Shown here: one piece after another, positions 12,020 through 24,911 of the stretch
Numbering within the stretch: the stretch's first letter is position 1
How the letters are laid out: every line of letters starts with the position of its first letter
Source: Octopus sinensis
Taxonomy: Eukaryota
Length of the DNA: 64,000 nucleotides
Direction of reading: 5' to 3'
Assembly: GCF_006345805.1 (NCBI RefSeq)
Contig: NC_043001.1
Span: 116,498,001-116,562,000 of the forward strand
The notes under the pieces: generated by a model
The model's input: the letters and a program-made list of their open reading frames with translations, nothing else
Told to the model about the DNA's origin: nothing
The model's database searches: none
Position numbers and translations under genes: made by a program

Positions 12020-12534
12020 TCAGGTTTTTAAAAACGCTCATCACAAACATGAGTTACAGAATAGAAAAAGGTAATTTCAATTGGATTTGAGCTGTAATTT
12101 TGCACATGCACACAGTAAGAAATAACATAAGTCTTACAGAAGTTTTACTGTGTGTACATACATGTGCATATATGTGTGTGCACCAAAGTAGTTATTTTAT
12201 GACATTCTTTCATTTGAAGCTGCAAAGCTGTCAACCCGATTATATGGTTGATCATACGGGATCATGTGATTGATTGTTCGTTAATTTCTGTAAAAATTTT
12301 TATTTTTTTATGCTTTGAAGAGAGCAGAAATTGAGAGGGAGAAGAAAGTGAAAAGGCAACATTCGCTTTGGAGTGAGAGCAGAAAGTAAAAGAGAGGAGA
12401 AAGTGAAAGATGTACGCTTGTGTATATGAAATGGATGTGTGTGTGTGAGAGAGAGAGAGAGAGTAAGTGAAGGTGTGTGGTGTGTTGTCATGTATGTATT
12501 TTTTGCATGTATGTGTAAGTGGCACTCAATCCCA

Positions 12535-12590
<56 letters not shown>

Positions 12591-12748
12591 GGTCTGCTTT
12601 CAGTTTCCATCTACCAAATCCACTCACAGGGCTTTGGTCGGCTTGAGCCTATAGTAGAAGGCATGGCATATTGGTACAAAAAAATGTGTGGGTGTAAAAG
12701 AATATATATAACATATGATAAAATTGCATGGAAGAGTATATATATATA

Positions 12749-13134
12749 TGGAAGCACTCCGTCGGTTACGACGACGAGGGTTCCGGTTGATCCGAATCAA
12801 CGAAACAGCCTGCTCGTGAAATTAACGTGTAAGTGGCTGAGCACTCCACAGACACGTGCACCCTTAACGTAGTTCTCGGGGATATTCAGCGTGACACAGA
12901 GAGTGACAAGGCCGGCCCTTTGAAATACAGGTACAACAGAAACAGGAAGTAAGAGTGAGAGAAAGTTGTGGTGAAAGAGTACAGCAGGGATCACCACCAT
13001 CCCCTGCTGGAGATTCGTGGAGCTTTTAGGTGTTTTCGCTCAATAAACACTCACAATGCCCAGTCTGGGAATCAAAACCGCGATCCTATGACCGTGAGTC
13101 CGCTGCCCTAACCACTGGGCCATTGCGCCTCCAC
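12749..13134 (-). mobile_element. tRNA-derived SINE, family B
   Basis: Head GTGGAGGCGCAATGGCCCAGTGGTTAGGGCAGCGGACTC with A box TGGCCCAGTGG and a B-box-like segment; inserted in (TA)n; near-identical to 15070-15454. Confidence 0.9.
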
Positions 13135-13354
13135 ATATATATATATATATGTATGTATGCATGTAAAAGTTTGAATGTATGAGAAGTCTAGGGGGATATG
13201 GTGATGGTAAGCTGCTCCCAGTTATCTAACTCAATGATTCAGGTCTTGTATGCTATTGAGTTCTGAAAATTGAGATTGAATGAGCATTTGCCCCTTTGCT
13301 TGATCTGAGTCATTAACACAGAAGTACCTAATACCCTGGGATAGCCATTAACAC

Positions 13355-13745
13355 ATACATGTAAGCTTGCTTCCTTAGTGCATGGTTCTGGGTTCCCTTC
13401 CACTGCATGGCACCTTGGGCAAGTGTCTTCCAATATAGCCTTGGGCCGACCAAAGGCTTGTGAGTGGATCTGATATACAGAAACTGAAGAAGCTCATCAT
13501 ATGCGTATGTGTGTGTGTGTGTGTGTGTGTGCGTGTGCCCCTACCACCTCCACTTGACAACTGGTGTTGGTGTGTTTATGTCCCCATAACTTAACAGTTT
13601 GGCAAAAAAGACTGATAAAATAAGTACTAGGCTTAGCAAAAAAATTAAGTACTAGGGTCAATTCATTTGGCAAAAAGTTCTTCATGGCAGTGCCCCAGCA
13701 TGGCCACTGTCTGATGGCTGAAACAAGTAAAAGAGTAAAAGAATA
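13355..13745 (+). mobile_element. SINE family A
   Basis: Collinear with 7092-7486. Confidence 0.8.
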
Positions 13746-13872
13746 TACATGTGTGCATAATCTTGTATCCAACGGTGCAAAAACACAATCACTACATGCA
13801 CCGAGAAAGCAACACTTTACCCCACCCCTCCCCAACCAAGAACCACATGCAACTAGAAAGCTCAGAGAAATT

Positions 13873-14654
13873 ACCTATTTCTTTATTACCCACAAGGGGC
13901 TAAACACAGGGAGGACAAACAAGGACAGACAAACAGATTAAGTCAATTATATCGGCCCCAGTAACTGGTACTTATTTAATCGACCCCAAAAGGATGAAAG
14001 GCAAAGTCAACCTCAGCAGAATTTGAACTCAGAACGTAGCGGGAGACGAAATACCTATTTCTTTTCTGCCCACCAGGGGCTAAACATAGAGGGGACAAAC
14101 AAGGACAGACAAACAGATTAAGTCGATTACATTGACCCCAGTGCGTAACTGGTACTTAATTTATCGACTCCGAAAGGATGAAAGGCAAAGTCGACCTCAG
14201 CAGAATTTGAACTCAGAACGTAGCGGCAGACAAAATACCTATTTCTTTTCTGCCCACAAGGGGCTAAACATAGAGGGGACAAACAAGGACAGACATAGGT
14301 ATTAAGTCGATTACATTGACCCCAGTGCGTAACTGGTACTTAATTTATCGACCCCGAAAGGATGAAAGGCAAAGTCGACCTCAGAAGAATTTGAACTCAG
14401 AACGTAGCGGAAGACAAAACACCTATTTTTTTCTGCCCACAAGGGGCTAAACACAGAGGGGACAAACAAGGACAGACAAACAGATTAAGTCAATTATATC
14501 TACCCAGTGCGTAACTGGTACTTATTTAATCGACCCTGAAAGGATGAAAGGCAAAGTCGACCTCGGCGGAATTTGAACTCAGAACGTAGCAGCAGACGAA
14601 ATACCGCTAAGCATTTCGCCCAGCGTGCTAACATTTCTGCCAGCTTGCCGCCTT
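13873..14654 (-). repeat. Tandem array of 4 family-C SINE bodies (180-184 bp) behind a single head
   Basis: Units start (plus strand ACCTATTT) at 13873, 14053, 14237 and 14421; one complete head at 14605-14654; 9-bp TSD GAAAT(T/C)ACC at 13867-13875 and 14655-14663. Confidence 0.9.
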
Positions 14655-15069
14655 GAAATCACCACAAATACCTCCCCATTACTGATGATCTCTCCTTATG
14701 ATCTTACAGCCACAACATAGCAAAAACTAAACCACAAAATACTGTCATTGCTCTTAAGAAACAGGAAACACTTGAGCACACAAAAACAACTTATTCTTTA
14801 TAAAACTCAAGTGAGACTCACAACTACTTCCCTCAGATCTGAAATGATGCAACAGCTGTCCATGTAGATAGCCTAAGTCAGTGTGTCTGATAGGCAGCAG
14901 GAAAGTAGGTCCCTTGTAAGTGGAGCCCTGCAGAGTGAAATGGGGGGGAAAACGGTCATGTGCAACAAAATTAAGAGGGTTTCCAAATATTTAAATTTGG
15001 AAAACACCTTGGTGAAGAATGAATTATACGATGATCATCATCTTTTAACATTCACTTGCCTATGCTTAC

Positions 15070-15454
15070 GTGGAGGCGCAATGGCCCAGTGGTTAGGGCA
15101 GCGGACTCGCGGTCATAGGATCGTGGTTTCGATTCCCAGACCGGGCGTTGTGAGTGTTTAATGAGCAAAAACACATATAAGTTCCATGAGGCTCCGGCAG
15201 GGGATGGTGGTGATCCCTGCTGTACTCTTTCACCACAACTTTCTCTCACTCTTACTTCCTGTTTCTGTTGTACCTGTATTTCAAAGAGCCGGCCTAGTCA
15301 CTCTCTGTGTCACGCTGAATATCCCCGAGAACTACGTTAAGGGTACACGTGTCTGTGGAGTGCTCAGCCACTTACACGTTAATTTCACGAGCAGGCTGTT
15401 CCGTTGATCGGATCAACCGGAACCCTCGTCGTCGTAACCGATGGAGTGCTTCCA
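15070..15454 (+). mobile_element. SINE family B
   Basis: Full length, CpG-rich; 11-bp TSD CCTATGCTTAC at 15059-15069 and 15455-15465. Confidence 0.92.
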
Positions 15455-15904
15455 CCTATGCTTACACGGGTCAGAAAGAGTTTGTTGAGGCAGATTCTCT
15501 ATTGCCAGGTACCCTTTCTGTTGTGAACCCTCACCTGTTTCCAAGCAAGGTGATATTACCTCATGGCCAGACTCCAAATGGACAACATTGCTATAACATC
15601 AAGACAAAGGTGTATACACACGCACACACTCACACACACACATACGTGAATGTGTGTGTGTGTGTGTGTGAGACAGGCTTCCAGTTACTATCTACCAAAT
15701 CCACTCACAAGGCTTTGGTTAACCCAGGAACTTAGGACTACACTAGAAGACATTTACCTTTACCCAAGATACCACACAGCAGGATTGAACCTGAGACCAT
15801 AAGATTAGGAAGCCACTTCCTTAACCACAAAGCCACGCTTGGATGCAAAAATTGTTTTGTTGTCTCCTTAAAGAAAGAGGGAGGTATGAATAATTATACT
15901 ACTC

Positions 15905-16286
15905 TTCGTGCCAGTGCCATGTAAAAAGCACCATTCGAGCATATTCATTCCTAGTGTCGCCTTACTGGCACGGGAAAAACACATTCGAGTGAGGTCGTTG
16001 CCAGTGCTGCTGGACTGGTTCCTGTGCCGGTGGCATATAAAAAACACCATTTGAGCATGGCCGTTGCAAGTACCGCCTGACTGGCCCTCGTGCCGGTGGC
16101 ATGTAAAAGCACCCACTACACTCTCGGAGTGGTTGGCGTTAGGAAGGGCATCCAGCTGTAGAAATTCTGCCAGGTCAGATTGGAGTCTGGTGCAGCCATC
16201 TGGTTCGCCAGTTCTCAGTCAAATCGTCCAACCCATGCTAGCATGGAAAGCAGAACATTAAATGATGATGATGATGATGATGATGA
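15905..16286 (+). mobile_element. RTE 3' UTR and tail copy
   Basis: About four GGCA(C/T)GTAAAAAGCACC-type modules, then the shared tail and (GAT)n at 16262-16286. Confidence 0.8.
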
Positions 16287-16784
16287 CTCGAGAAGTGGGC
16301 TGGCATTTGTCAGTTTGAGAACCACTGTCTTGGATCACAAAAAAGAAAAAGAAAAATATCACTTGGCTAATTGGCATAAAGTTTCTCACAATTACACTCC
16401 AACTGTCTTCACAGACAAGCTGTCTCCTCTCTCTCTACTACAGTAGTAGCTATTCTTTGGAGTTTGCTGATCTTATGTCACCCTCATGAGATCATTCTCC
16501 AGATTGCTTATATCTCTCCTTTCATTACTTATGTTGCTTTGAGCTACACTCAAGTCTTGCATTAACCACTGCATCCCTTCCTTCTTTCCCAAGAATTTTC
16601 TTCAGTTCCCTCCCTGCTCATCTTATTCTTGCAGCAGTCAACATGTGACTTTTGAAGAGGCACAGTAACTATATTGATCTTAATTCTCTTGGAGGATCTA
16701 TAAGGGTTATAAATACAGCCCTTTCCTCCAGACCACAAAATCATATGTGTGAAAGAAGGAGAGAGAGAGAGAGAGAGAGAGAGG

Positions 16785-16816
<32 letters not shown>

Positions 16817-16878
16817 AATGTATGAAAGAGTATATATGTTTATGTGTGAGTATCTCTCCATATACAGATATCCTAGTA

Positions 16879-17225
16879 CATGGCACCTTGGGCAAGTGTC
16901 TTCTACTATAGCCTCGGGCCAACCAAGCCTTGTGAGTGGATTTGGTAGACGGAAACTGAAAGAAGCCCATTGTATATATGTATATATATATGTGTGTGTG
17001 TGTATGTATGTGTGCGTATATGTTTGTGCGTCTGTGTTTGTCCTCCCAGCATCAACCGATGGTGGTGCGTTTATGTTCCCGAAACTTAGCAGTTTGGCAA
17101 AAGCGACCGATAGAATAAGTTCTAGGCTTCCAAAGAATAAGTCTTGGTGTTGATTTGCTCAACTAAAGGTGGCGCTCCAGCACGGCCACAGTCAAATGAC
17201 TGAAACAAGTAAAAGAGTAAGAGTA
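16879..17225 (+). mobile_element. SINE family A (5'-truncated)
   Basis: Starts at the CORE-like CATGGCACCTTGGGCAAG; collinear with the other copies. Confidence 0.85.
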
Positions 17226-17639
17226 TATATACATATGCACTTCTATAGACATTTATGTGTACACACACACACACATGTGGATTGGCAGAATTGTCAGAGC
17301 ATTGTGTAAAATTCTGAGTTCAAATCCTATTAAGGTTTATTTTGTCTTTCACCCTTTCAGGGTCAATAACAAAGTACTAGTCCAGGATTGTCATGATGAC
17401 TTGCAGTGTTGGTTCCAACTCTTACATTCTGAACTTCTGGATGGTAGATTTAATTTTTCACCTGCTTTAACATCATCATCTGACACCTTGGATGCCATTT
17501 TCAGAGTCCACTCTGTTATAAGTCTTCAATCAGTTCTCTAGTTGCAAATTAATTTCCTTCCTTCCTCTGACCAATCTTGGAGACTCAAAAATATAAAGGA
17601 ACCTGGACATTGCCCTCTCTCCTTGACTAAACAGTAAAA

Positions 17640-18052
17640 GGGAGAGGAATGGCTGTGTGGTAAGTAGCTTGCTAACCAACCACATGGTTCCAGGTTCAGT
17701 CCCACTGCATGGCATCTTGGGCAAGTGTCTTCTGCTATAGCCTCGGGCCAACCAATGCCTTGTGAGTGGATTTGGTAGACGGAAACTGAAAGAAGCCTGT
17801 CGTATGTATGTAAATATATATATGTATGTGTGTGTATATGTTTGTGTGTCTGTGTTTGTCCCCCTAGCATTGCTTGACAACCGATGCTGGTGTGTTTACG
17901 TCCCCGTCACTTAGCGGTTCGGCAAAAGAGACCGATAGAATAAGTACTGGGCTTATGAAGAATAAGTCCTGGGGGTCGATTTGCTCGACTAAAGGCGGTG
18001 CTCCAGCATGGCCGCAGTCAAATGACTGAAACAAGTAAAAGAGTAAAAAGAG
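17640..18052 (+). mobile_element. SINE family A
   Basis: Full-length copy; 3' hairpin GCAGTC AAAT GACTG and AAAAGAGT tail. Confidence 0.88.
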
Positions 18053-18572
18053 AGAGACTATTCTGCATCCAATTACAAATGGTAGTGCCATGTAGATGTA
18101 GCACTTTCTTTGTTGCTGCAGGAGTAACATGTAAGCCAGACGAAAATATATGATTGAAAATTTGGTTAATCAATTTCATCAGTATAAATTTAGTTATACT
18201 GATTTTACCTCAGAAACTGAATTTTCTTATTACATTTTGCATATGTATGTGTGTGTGTGTGTGCATGTGTGCATGTGTGTGTGTGCATGTGTGTGTGTGT
18301 GTGTGTGTGTTGACATATAAGCATATTCATGCAGAGTTGCTAACAAATGCCTGTACAAACATCTGTGTACATAAGCTGCACTTCCATATGAGACAGAATA
18401 ATCATAAAGTAACAATACTGAATTATATTTATCCATTTTTTATCACTATGTACAAATACATACATGTACACTTATAAATATACATACACAAATGGACTTA
18501 AATGCACATAATTGGAAAATAATTATTTTCCTGTCTTTATTTCACACTTACTTTTATGCCCTTTGTCTATCA

Positions 18573-18622
<50 letters not shown>

Positions 18623-20369
18623 ATCTCATATAATGACTCTCTAATCTTTACTCTTTTCAATCTCACTTTTAAAGATGCAATTTTGTATTTGTAGAAAAAA
18701 AAAAGAGAAAAACAATAATAAAATAACAATGTCAAATAAATTTGAAATAATTAAAACCAAAATGAAACAACAAAAACAATAACCCAAGCGACTTTTATAT
18801 CTAATTGTTTGCAATATTTGTTTACATCCTCAGAATTAAATTAGAAATTTTACCAAGACAGACATAATTGTTTTTGTTTTTTTACAATCAATACACTGAT
18901 AGTAACATGTAACAGTACTTATAAAGAACAGCAACATGAACAACAACAATAGACTATCATGAATTGCAGAGGTTGTACACAAATGCCACACTCCTCTAAC
19001 AATGGTATCTTATACACAGACAGCACAGCCAGGAGTCACCAATGCAATGAAACAAAACTAAATGCATCATGAACATACAAGGGACACAGTTTGTTGAGGC
19101 TGGGCTACCTTTGACTCTCACATATTTTTTAATGGTTTATTTAGAAGTGGATGGGCAGCTCCTGACTCTTGAAGCATTCTAGACTTGTAGAAGTCATCCT
19201 AAGACCAGCAACTTAGTCTGAATTATTGCAATGGAATGGACTTCAGGTGAGGGCAATGTTAAACCATTAAACTGAGCATTAGATTAAATCTACCACCTAA
19301 ATATAAAAACAATTTCATATGAACTTAGACAAAATTGTTTTCTAAAACAGTTTACCAAAATAATAAAAAAAGGAAATGCTTTTCAACATTTCACTGAACA
19401 ATCATCATTAAATGTAGCCTACATAACACAACTAAACAGAAACATCATTTCTGGTTCACTGAATATATATTTCAAGCTATGTAAGTATGTGTTATAAATT
19501 ACCAAGTAAGATTTTAATTTGAATTATACTCAACAATAAGCACAACAATTTAAGGTAGGAAAGTAAAGAAAAGCAAAAAAAAAAAAGAAACTCAGGCTTG
19601 AACCGTGTGTCTGTGATTTACTGATTGACTTCATTGTTGACTGCTCTGCAGAATTTCTGCTCTTTTATCTGAATTTAGATGCTCTCTAACTAAATTAATA
19701 TATGGAGGGGCTCCCATATTATAAATACATATTAAAAGCATTAACAAATTCATTTTAGGGTTGTAATTATCCTGCCACACGAAAATTATTTTGTTTCTAT
19801 TAGTCATGCATGATTCAACTTTCTCATATTTTCTATCTCAAAATGATTCCTGTTTTTAACCTAACATTTATCTTACTTTATGTAGGATCCTCTTTTTTTC
19901 TCTCTTTTTTTATTTTGGCTCATGTGCCCAAAGTGTTGCTTCCATTGAGACATTGCTTTGTCTTACATCAGAAAAGACAAAGCAATGTAAGACACAATTT
20001 GTCTTACATCAATAGCCAAGCCCAGAAGGATTTATTTCCAACTATGAGAAGGATGATATTGGGAGGTGAACTTTGAACTTAGAAAGCAAAGAGTCAGAAC
20101 AGATACTGCAAGGCATCCTCTCCAGTATGCTAACATCCCTGCCAATCTGCTGCTCAGGACTGGTGCTCAATTAATTTACCCCACCCCACCTCATCCACTA
20201 ACACAAAAAAAAACATGATGAAAGACAAAGCTACTTTGGAGAGATTTGAACTCAGAGGGCAGAGATACTAAACAAAAACTGCAAGGCATCCTATCCAATG
20301 CTTTAATGACTTAACTAACTTTGATGCTTATGATGTCCACTATTAAGAAATAGTAGCTCTGTTAGAATT

Positions 20370-20510
20370 AATAATAATAATAATAATAATAATAGTAATG
20401 AAATTATTGTATACAGTGCTCAGGTGCACCACAACTTGCCAAAAGTGCGTATAAATTATATGCAGTAAAGTACAAATGTCTGGAAAGTGAACAGTGTATG
20501 AGTCAGATAT
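20370..20510 (-). mobile_element. CR1/L2 3' UTR fragment with (ATT)n tail
   Basis: Matches 10470-10575. Confidence 0.75.
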
Positions 20511-20754
20511 TAGAAGCTTAGTGACAGAGTGGCTTATATTTTCCACTACAAACCAAGATTGATTGATACAAATTTCAAAAGTTAAGCAGCCACACCATCC
20601 CTATGTAACCAATAAATCTATGACTAATCAAATGATCAGCTATTAAGCAATATTGGTATCTAAAGATCAAAGGAATTACAGAAAATATGCCTCAGTTTAG
20701 TACTGACTAAGTAGACATTTGCTGAGTTTTCAATTGCGAATCCCTTGTCTTTAA

Positions 20755-20976
20755 CCCTTTCAATACCAACCCGGCTGAAACCGCCCCTGGCTCTGTAGTA
20801 CAAATGTCTTGTTTTCATAAGTTTTGAATTAAAATCTTCCACTAAACCTTAGTCACAATCTATGTTCCTAACACCAGTTTAATGATAACTAAGTTGTTTT
20901 ACTAAATTCTTTGTTATATTTAAAATTAATTGAAAGAAACACAGAGCATCTCAACAGAAATACAGTAACAAAAGGG
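20755..20976. mobile_element. piggyBac-type MITE (222 bp)
   Basis: TTAA|CCCTTT...AAAGGG|TTAA (TSDs 20751-20754, 20977-20980); second copy at 55344-55564. Confidence 0.85.
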
Positions 20977-21794
20977 TTAAGCTATAGTATATCCAGAACT
21001 ACATAAGGAGAGATACACATGTCTCTTTCTCTCTTCAAGATGATAAGTTATGATTTCAGGGAAATGTAGCTGCTATTTTTAGTAAAGACAGTAACTGTAT
21101 TGAGACCTCACTTGTAGATTCTGTGGTGGTGGTGGTGTTGGCAACAGCAGAAGTAGGCAACTTAGATTCAATCAAATTTCAATTCAGTTCAGATATGTAG
21201 TTACTTCTCATGTGATATGCACTCTTATAAAGTTTTGGGGGTTAATGAGGTTTATTGATGCTTATGAAATGAACAACATATTGGCAAATAATATTAATAT
21301 CTCTGGTAGTGACAGTAATGATAATGGAGGTACCGTTCCTGTTGGTGGTAACAGTAATGGTGGGTGTTGTGATGCAGTGATAAAGGTGGTTTCTTTTAAT
21401 CTATATTAATCCCAGAAAGATAGCATCCATCTCCCACTATGTTCCAGCTGTCTCAAGCGATTGTGGAGAACAAGGAGAAGCACAAGAGCGAGATGTAACT
21501 GGGTGAGAAACTGTATCAAGTCTTAATATGTAGGACTGGATTGGAGCGTCTTATAGATTGGCTTGAAATGTGTTTAAAGAGATAAAAAGAAGCCATGTTT
21601 CACTTCCTTCAGCAAGTTTTATGCTGAATGTGCTAACTCTAGCACTTGATTGATTGATTGATTGATTGATTCCAGTTTCAGCTCATGAGCTGTGGCCATG
21701 CTGGGGCACCACCATATTTACATTAAAAAATACTAAACTTTCTCACAAAAGATTTATCAACCGTCACTTATAGGTAGTTTGTTATATAGATGCG

Positions 21795-22009
21795 TTTTAT
21801 CTTTTACTTGTTCCGGTCATTTGACTGTGGCCATGCTGGAGCACTGCCTTTAGTCAAGCAAATCAACCCCAGGACTTATTCTTTGTAAGCCTAGTACTTA
21901 TTCTATCGGACCCTTTTGCCGAACCGCTAAGTTACAGGGATGTAAACACACCAGCATCGGTTGTCAAGCGATGTTGGTGGGACAAACACAAACACAGAAA
22001 CATATACAC

Positions 22010-22072
<63 letters not shown>

Positions 22073-22242
22073 TATACACGATGGGCTTCTTTCAGTTTTC
22101 ACCTACCAACTCCACTCACAAGGCTTTAGTCGGCCCGAGGCTATAGTAGAAGACACTTGCCCAAGCTGCCATGCAGTGGGACTGAACCAGGAAACATGTG
22201 GTTGTTAAGCAAGCTACTTACCACACAGCCACTCCTATGCCT
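21795..22242 (-). mobile_element. SINE family A
   Basis: Reverse complement of family A with an expanded internal (TA)n/(CA)n. Confidence 0.85.
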
Positions 22243-22650
22243 ATAGTCAAACAAATCAAACTAGTACTTAATTTTTTTTTATTGTCAGTTTCTTGATGAA
22301 CCACTAAGTTCAGGTACATAACCAAGCCAACATGGTTGTCAAGCAGTGGACAAACACAAATACACACACACACACACACATATATATAAATACTACACCT
22401 TCCCAGCATTGGATCTTGAGCCTACAGTGGACCATGGATTGCATGCTAGAGTATACCCTTATGTGATTTTACTTATACATTCAGCATACTTGGTCTGTAT
22501 ACACTGTTGGCACACAGGTCTGCTTTTCTTGTCTCTAACTCAATGACTTTACTAGAATACTTCAATCCTATTGGATGGATCAATTAATCAATCAATCACT
22601 CATATAATTTATTAATTAAGTACTTACTTAATTACATATTTAATTTTGTT

Positions 22651-23026
22651 GGCACTCCGTCAGTTACAATGACGAGGGTTCTGATTGATCCGATCAACGG
22701 AACAGCCTGCTCGTGAAATTAATGTGCAAGTGGCTGAGCACTCCACAGACACGTGTACCCTTAACGTAGTTCTCGAGGAGATTCAGCGTGACACAGGGTG
22801 TGACAAGGCTGGCCCTTTGAAATACAGGTACAACAGAAACAGGAAGAAAGAGAGAAAGTTGTGGTGAAAGAGTAGAGCAGGGTTCGTCACCATCCCCTGC
22901 CAGAGCCTCGTGGAACTTTAGGTGTTTTCGCTCAATAAACACTCACAGCGCCCAGTTTGGGAATCGAAACCGCGATTCTACGACCGCGAGTCCGCTACCC
23001 TAACCACTGGGCCATTGTGCCTCCAC
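22651..23026 (-). mobile_element. SINE family B
   Basis: Full length; about 20-bp TSD ACTTAATTA(C/T)ATATTTAATT on both sides. Confidence 0.88.
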
Positions 23027-23639
23027 ACTTAATTATATATTTAATTAATTACTTAATTTATTGATTTTTTAATTACTTTGATTATCTTATTAATTAATTA
23101 CTGAATTATTTTATTTTATAAACTAAATAATTAACTCATTATTTTATTAATTATTTCATTAATTAAATACTTAATTCATTCATTCATTACTTAATATTTT
23201 ATTGCTTACTTGCTTACTTCATTAATTACTTTGAACTGGTTTGCACCCCCTTGAAGGGTTTAGTCAAAAAATTGACCAAGTACTTAATTTTTTTAAAGCC
23301 TAGTACTTATTGCCAGTTTCTTGATGAACCACTAAGTTATAGGTACATAACCAAGCCGACATGGACAAACAAAGACACACACATACAAACACACATATAT
23401 GTAAACACTACACCTTCTCTATGTTGGATCTTGAACCTACAGTGGACCATGGACTGCATTCCAGAGTATAACCTTCTGTGATTTTACATATACATTCAGC
23501 GTGTTTGGTCTGTACATGTGGATGTATGCATACATATACTCTAGTAAAAGTGTGAGTGTCTGTACACACTGATGGTACATGGATCTGTTGTTCTTGATTC
23601 TAACCTTATTATTAAAATACCTCAATTCTATTGGATCAA

Positions 23640-24870
23640 TCAATCAATCACTCAATAATTAATTGATTATTTAAATTAATTCATTAGATAGTTATTTAAT
23701 TACTTCAGTACTTAATTTAACAAATTAAGTAATTACATCATTAATTAATAAATTAATTAAATACATAATTACTTAACTAATTAACTGCTTAATTACTTAA
23801 CTAATCAATTGCTTAATTACTTAATTAATTGCTTATTATGAATTAATTGTTTATTATTAATTGCTTAATTATTTGTTTGATGAAAATGTCTGATGAAAAT
23901 GTTTCATGGATGCAACTGGTTTGATTCAGTTTCAAACTGTCCGATCCAGTTTTGACTGGTCTGATCTGGTTTGAACTGGTTTCAACCAGTTCAAATCATT
24001 TCAGACTAGTTTAAGCTGCTTCAAACTGATTCAAAACACTTAATTAATTATAATTAATTACTTAATTAGTTAATTGTCTGATGAAAATGTTTGATGGGTG
24101 CAACTAGTCTGATCTGATTTTGACCTGTCTGATCTAGTTCGAATCAGTTTTTAAACCATTTTGAACTGGTGTGAACCAGTTTCAACAGGTTAATAGCATT
24201 TTGAACCAGTTCAAACCAGATTTAATTAATTAATTAATTGCTCCATTAATTAATTAATGGCTTTATAAGTTAATCACTTAATAATTAATTCCTTAATAAT
24301 CATTACTTAATTAATTAATTACTTAATTACTTAACAAATTGCTTAATTAATTGTGTGATGAAAACATCTGATGAAAATGTTTGATAAAAATGTCCGATGG
24401 ATGCTATTTGTCTGATCTGATTTCAACCTGTCTGAACCAGTTTTTAAACCATTTTGTATGTAAATGTCTGATGAAAGTATTTTGATAGATGCAACCTGTC
24501 TGATCAAGCATGACTGGTCTGATCCTGTTTGAATCAGTCTGATCCAGTTTGAACTGGTTTCAGCTGGTTTGAGCCAGTCCAAACAGGTTGAAACAGTTTC
24601 TACCAGTTAATTAGTTGCTTGCTTGCTTAAGTAATCAGTTAATTAGTTATTTACTTGCTTAATATGTTAATTAGATAGTTGCTTCCTTACTTAGTTAATT
24701 AGCTGGTTGCATAATTAACTAATTAATCAGCTACTTATTTAATTAAAGAGTTAATTTAATTAGCTAATTGCTTGCTTAATTAATTAGGCAAGCAGCTAAT
24801 TAATTAATTAACCAATCAACTAATTGATTAATTAATTAACCAAGCAACAAATTAAACAATCAATCAATCA
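23640..24870. repeat. Compound AT-rich satellite: TTAA/AATT spacers alternating with TGATGAAAATGT plus decamer blocks
   Basis: Blocks at about 23875, 24075, 24350 and 24465, each with repeats of (T/C)TGATGAAAATG, then GATGGATGCAAC, then CTGGTTTGAA/CCAGTTTCAA-type decamers. Confidence 0.7.
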
Positions 24871-24911
24871 ATCCCTCATTCACCTTTTTACATACATACA
24901 TACATACATAA

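Noticed and set aside
13873-14654. CRISPR-like regularly spaced repeats (also 56853-57547)
   Set aside because: Whole units are repeated with no unique spacers, the context is eukaryotic, and there are no cas genes.
15070-15145. tRNA-like sequence at SINE heads
   Set aside because: A and B boxes are present, but there is no complete cloverleaf acceptor stem and the head continues into a SINE body; not a tRNA gene.
23875-24480. CTGATGA motifs as hammerheads or C/D snoRNA boxes
   Set aside because: They are part of a 13-bp tandem unit; no helix II-GAAA geometry and no terminal stem or guide layout.
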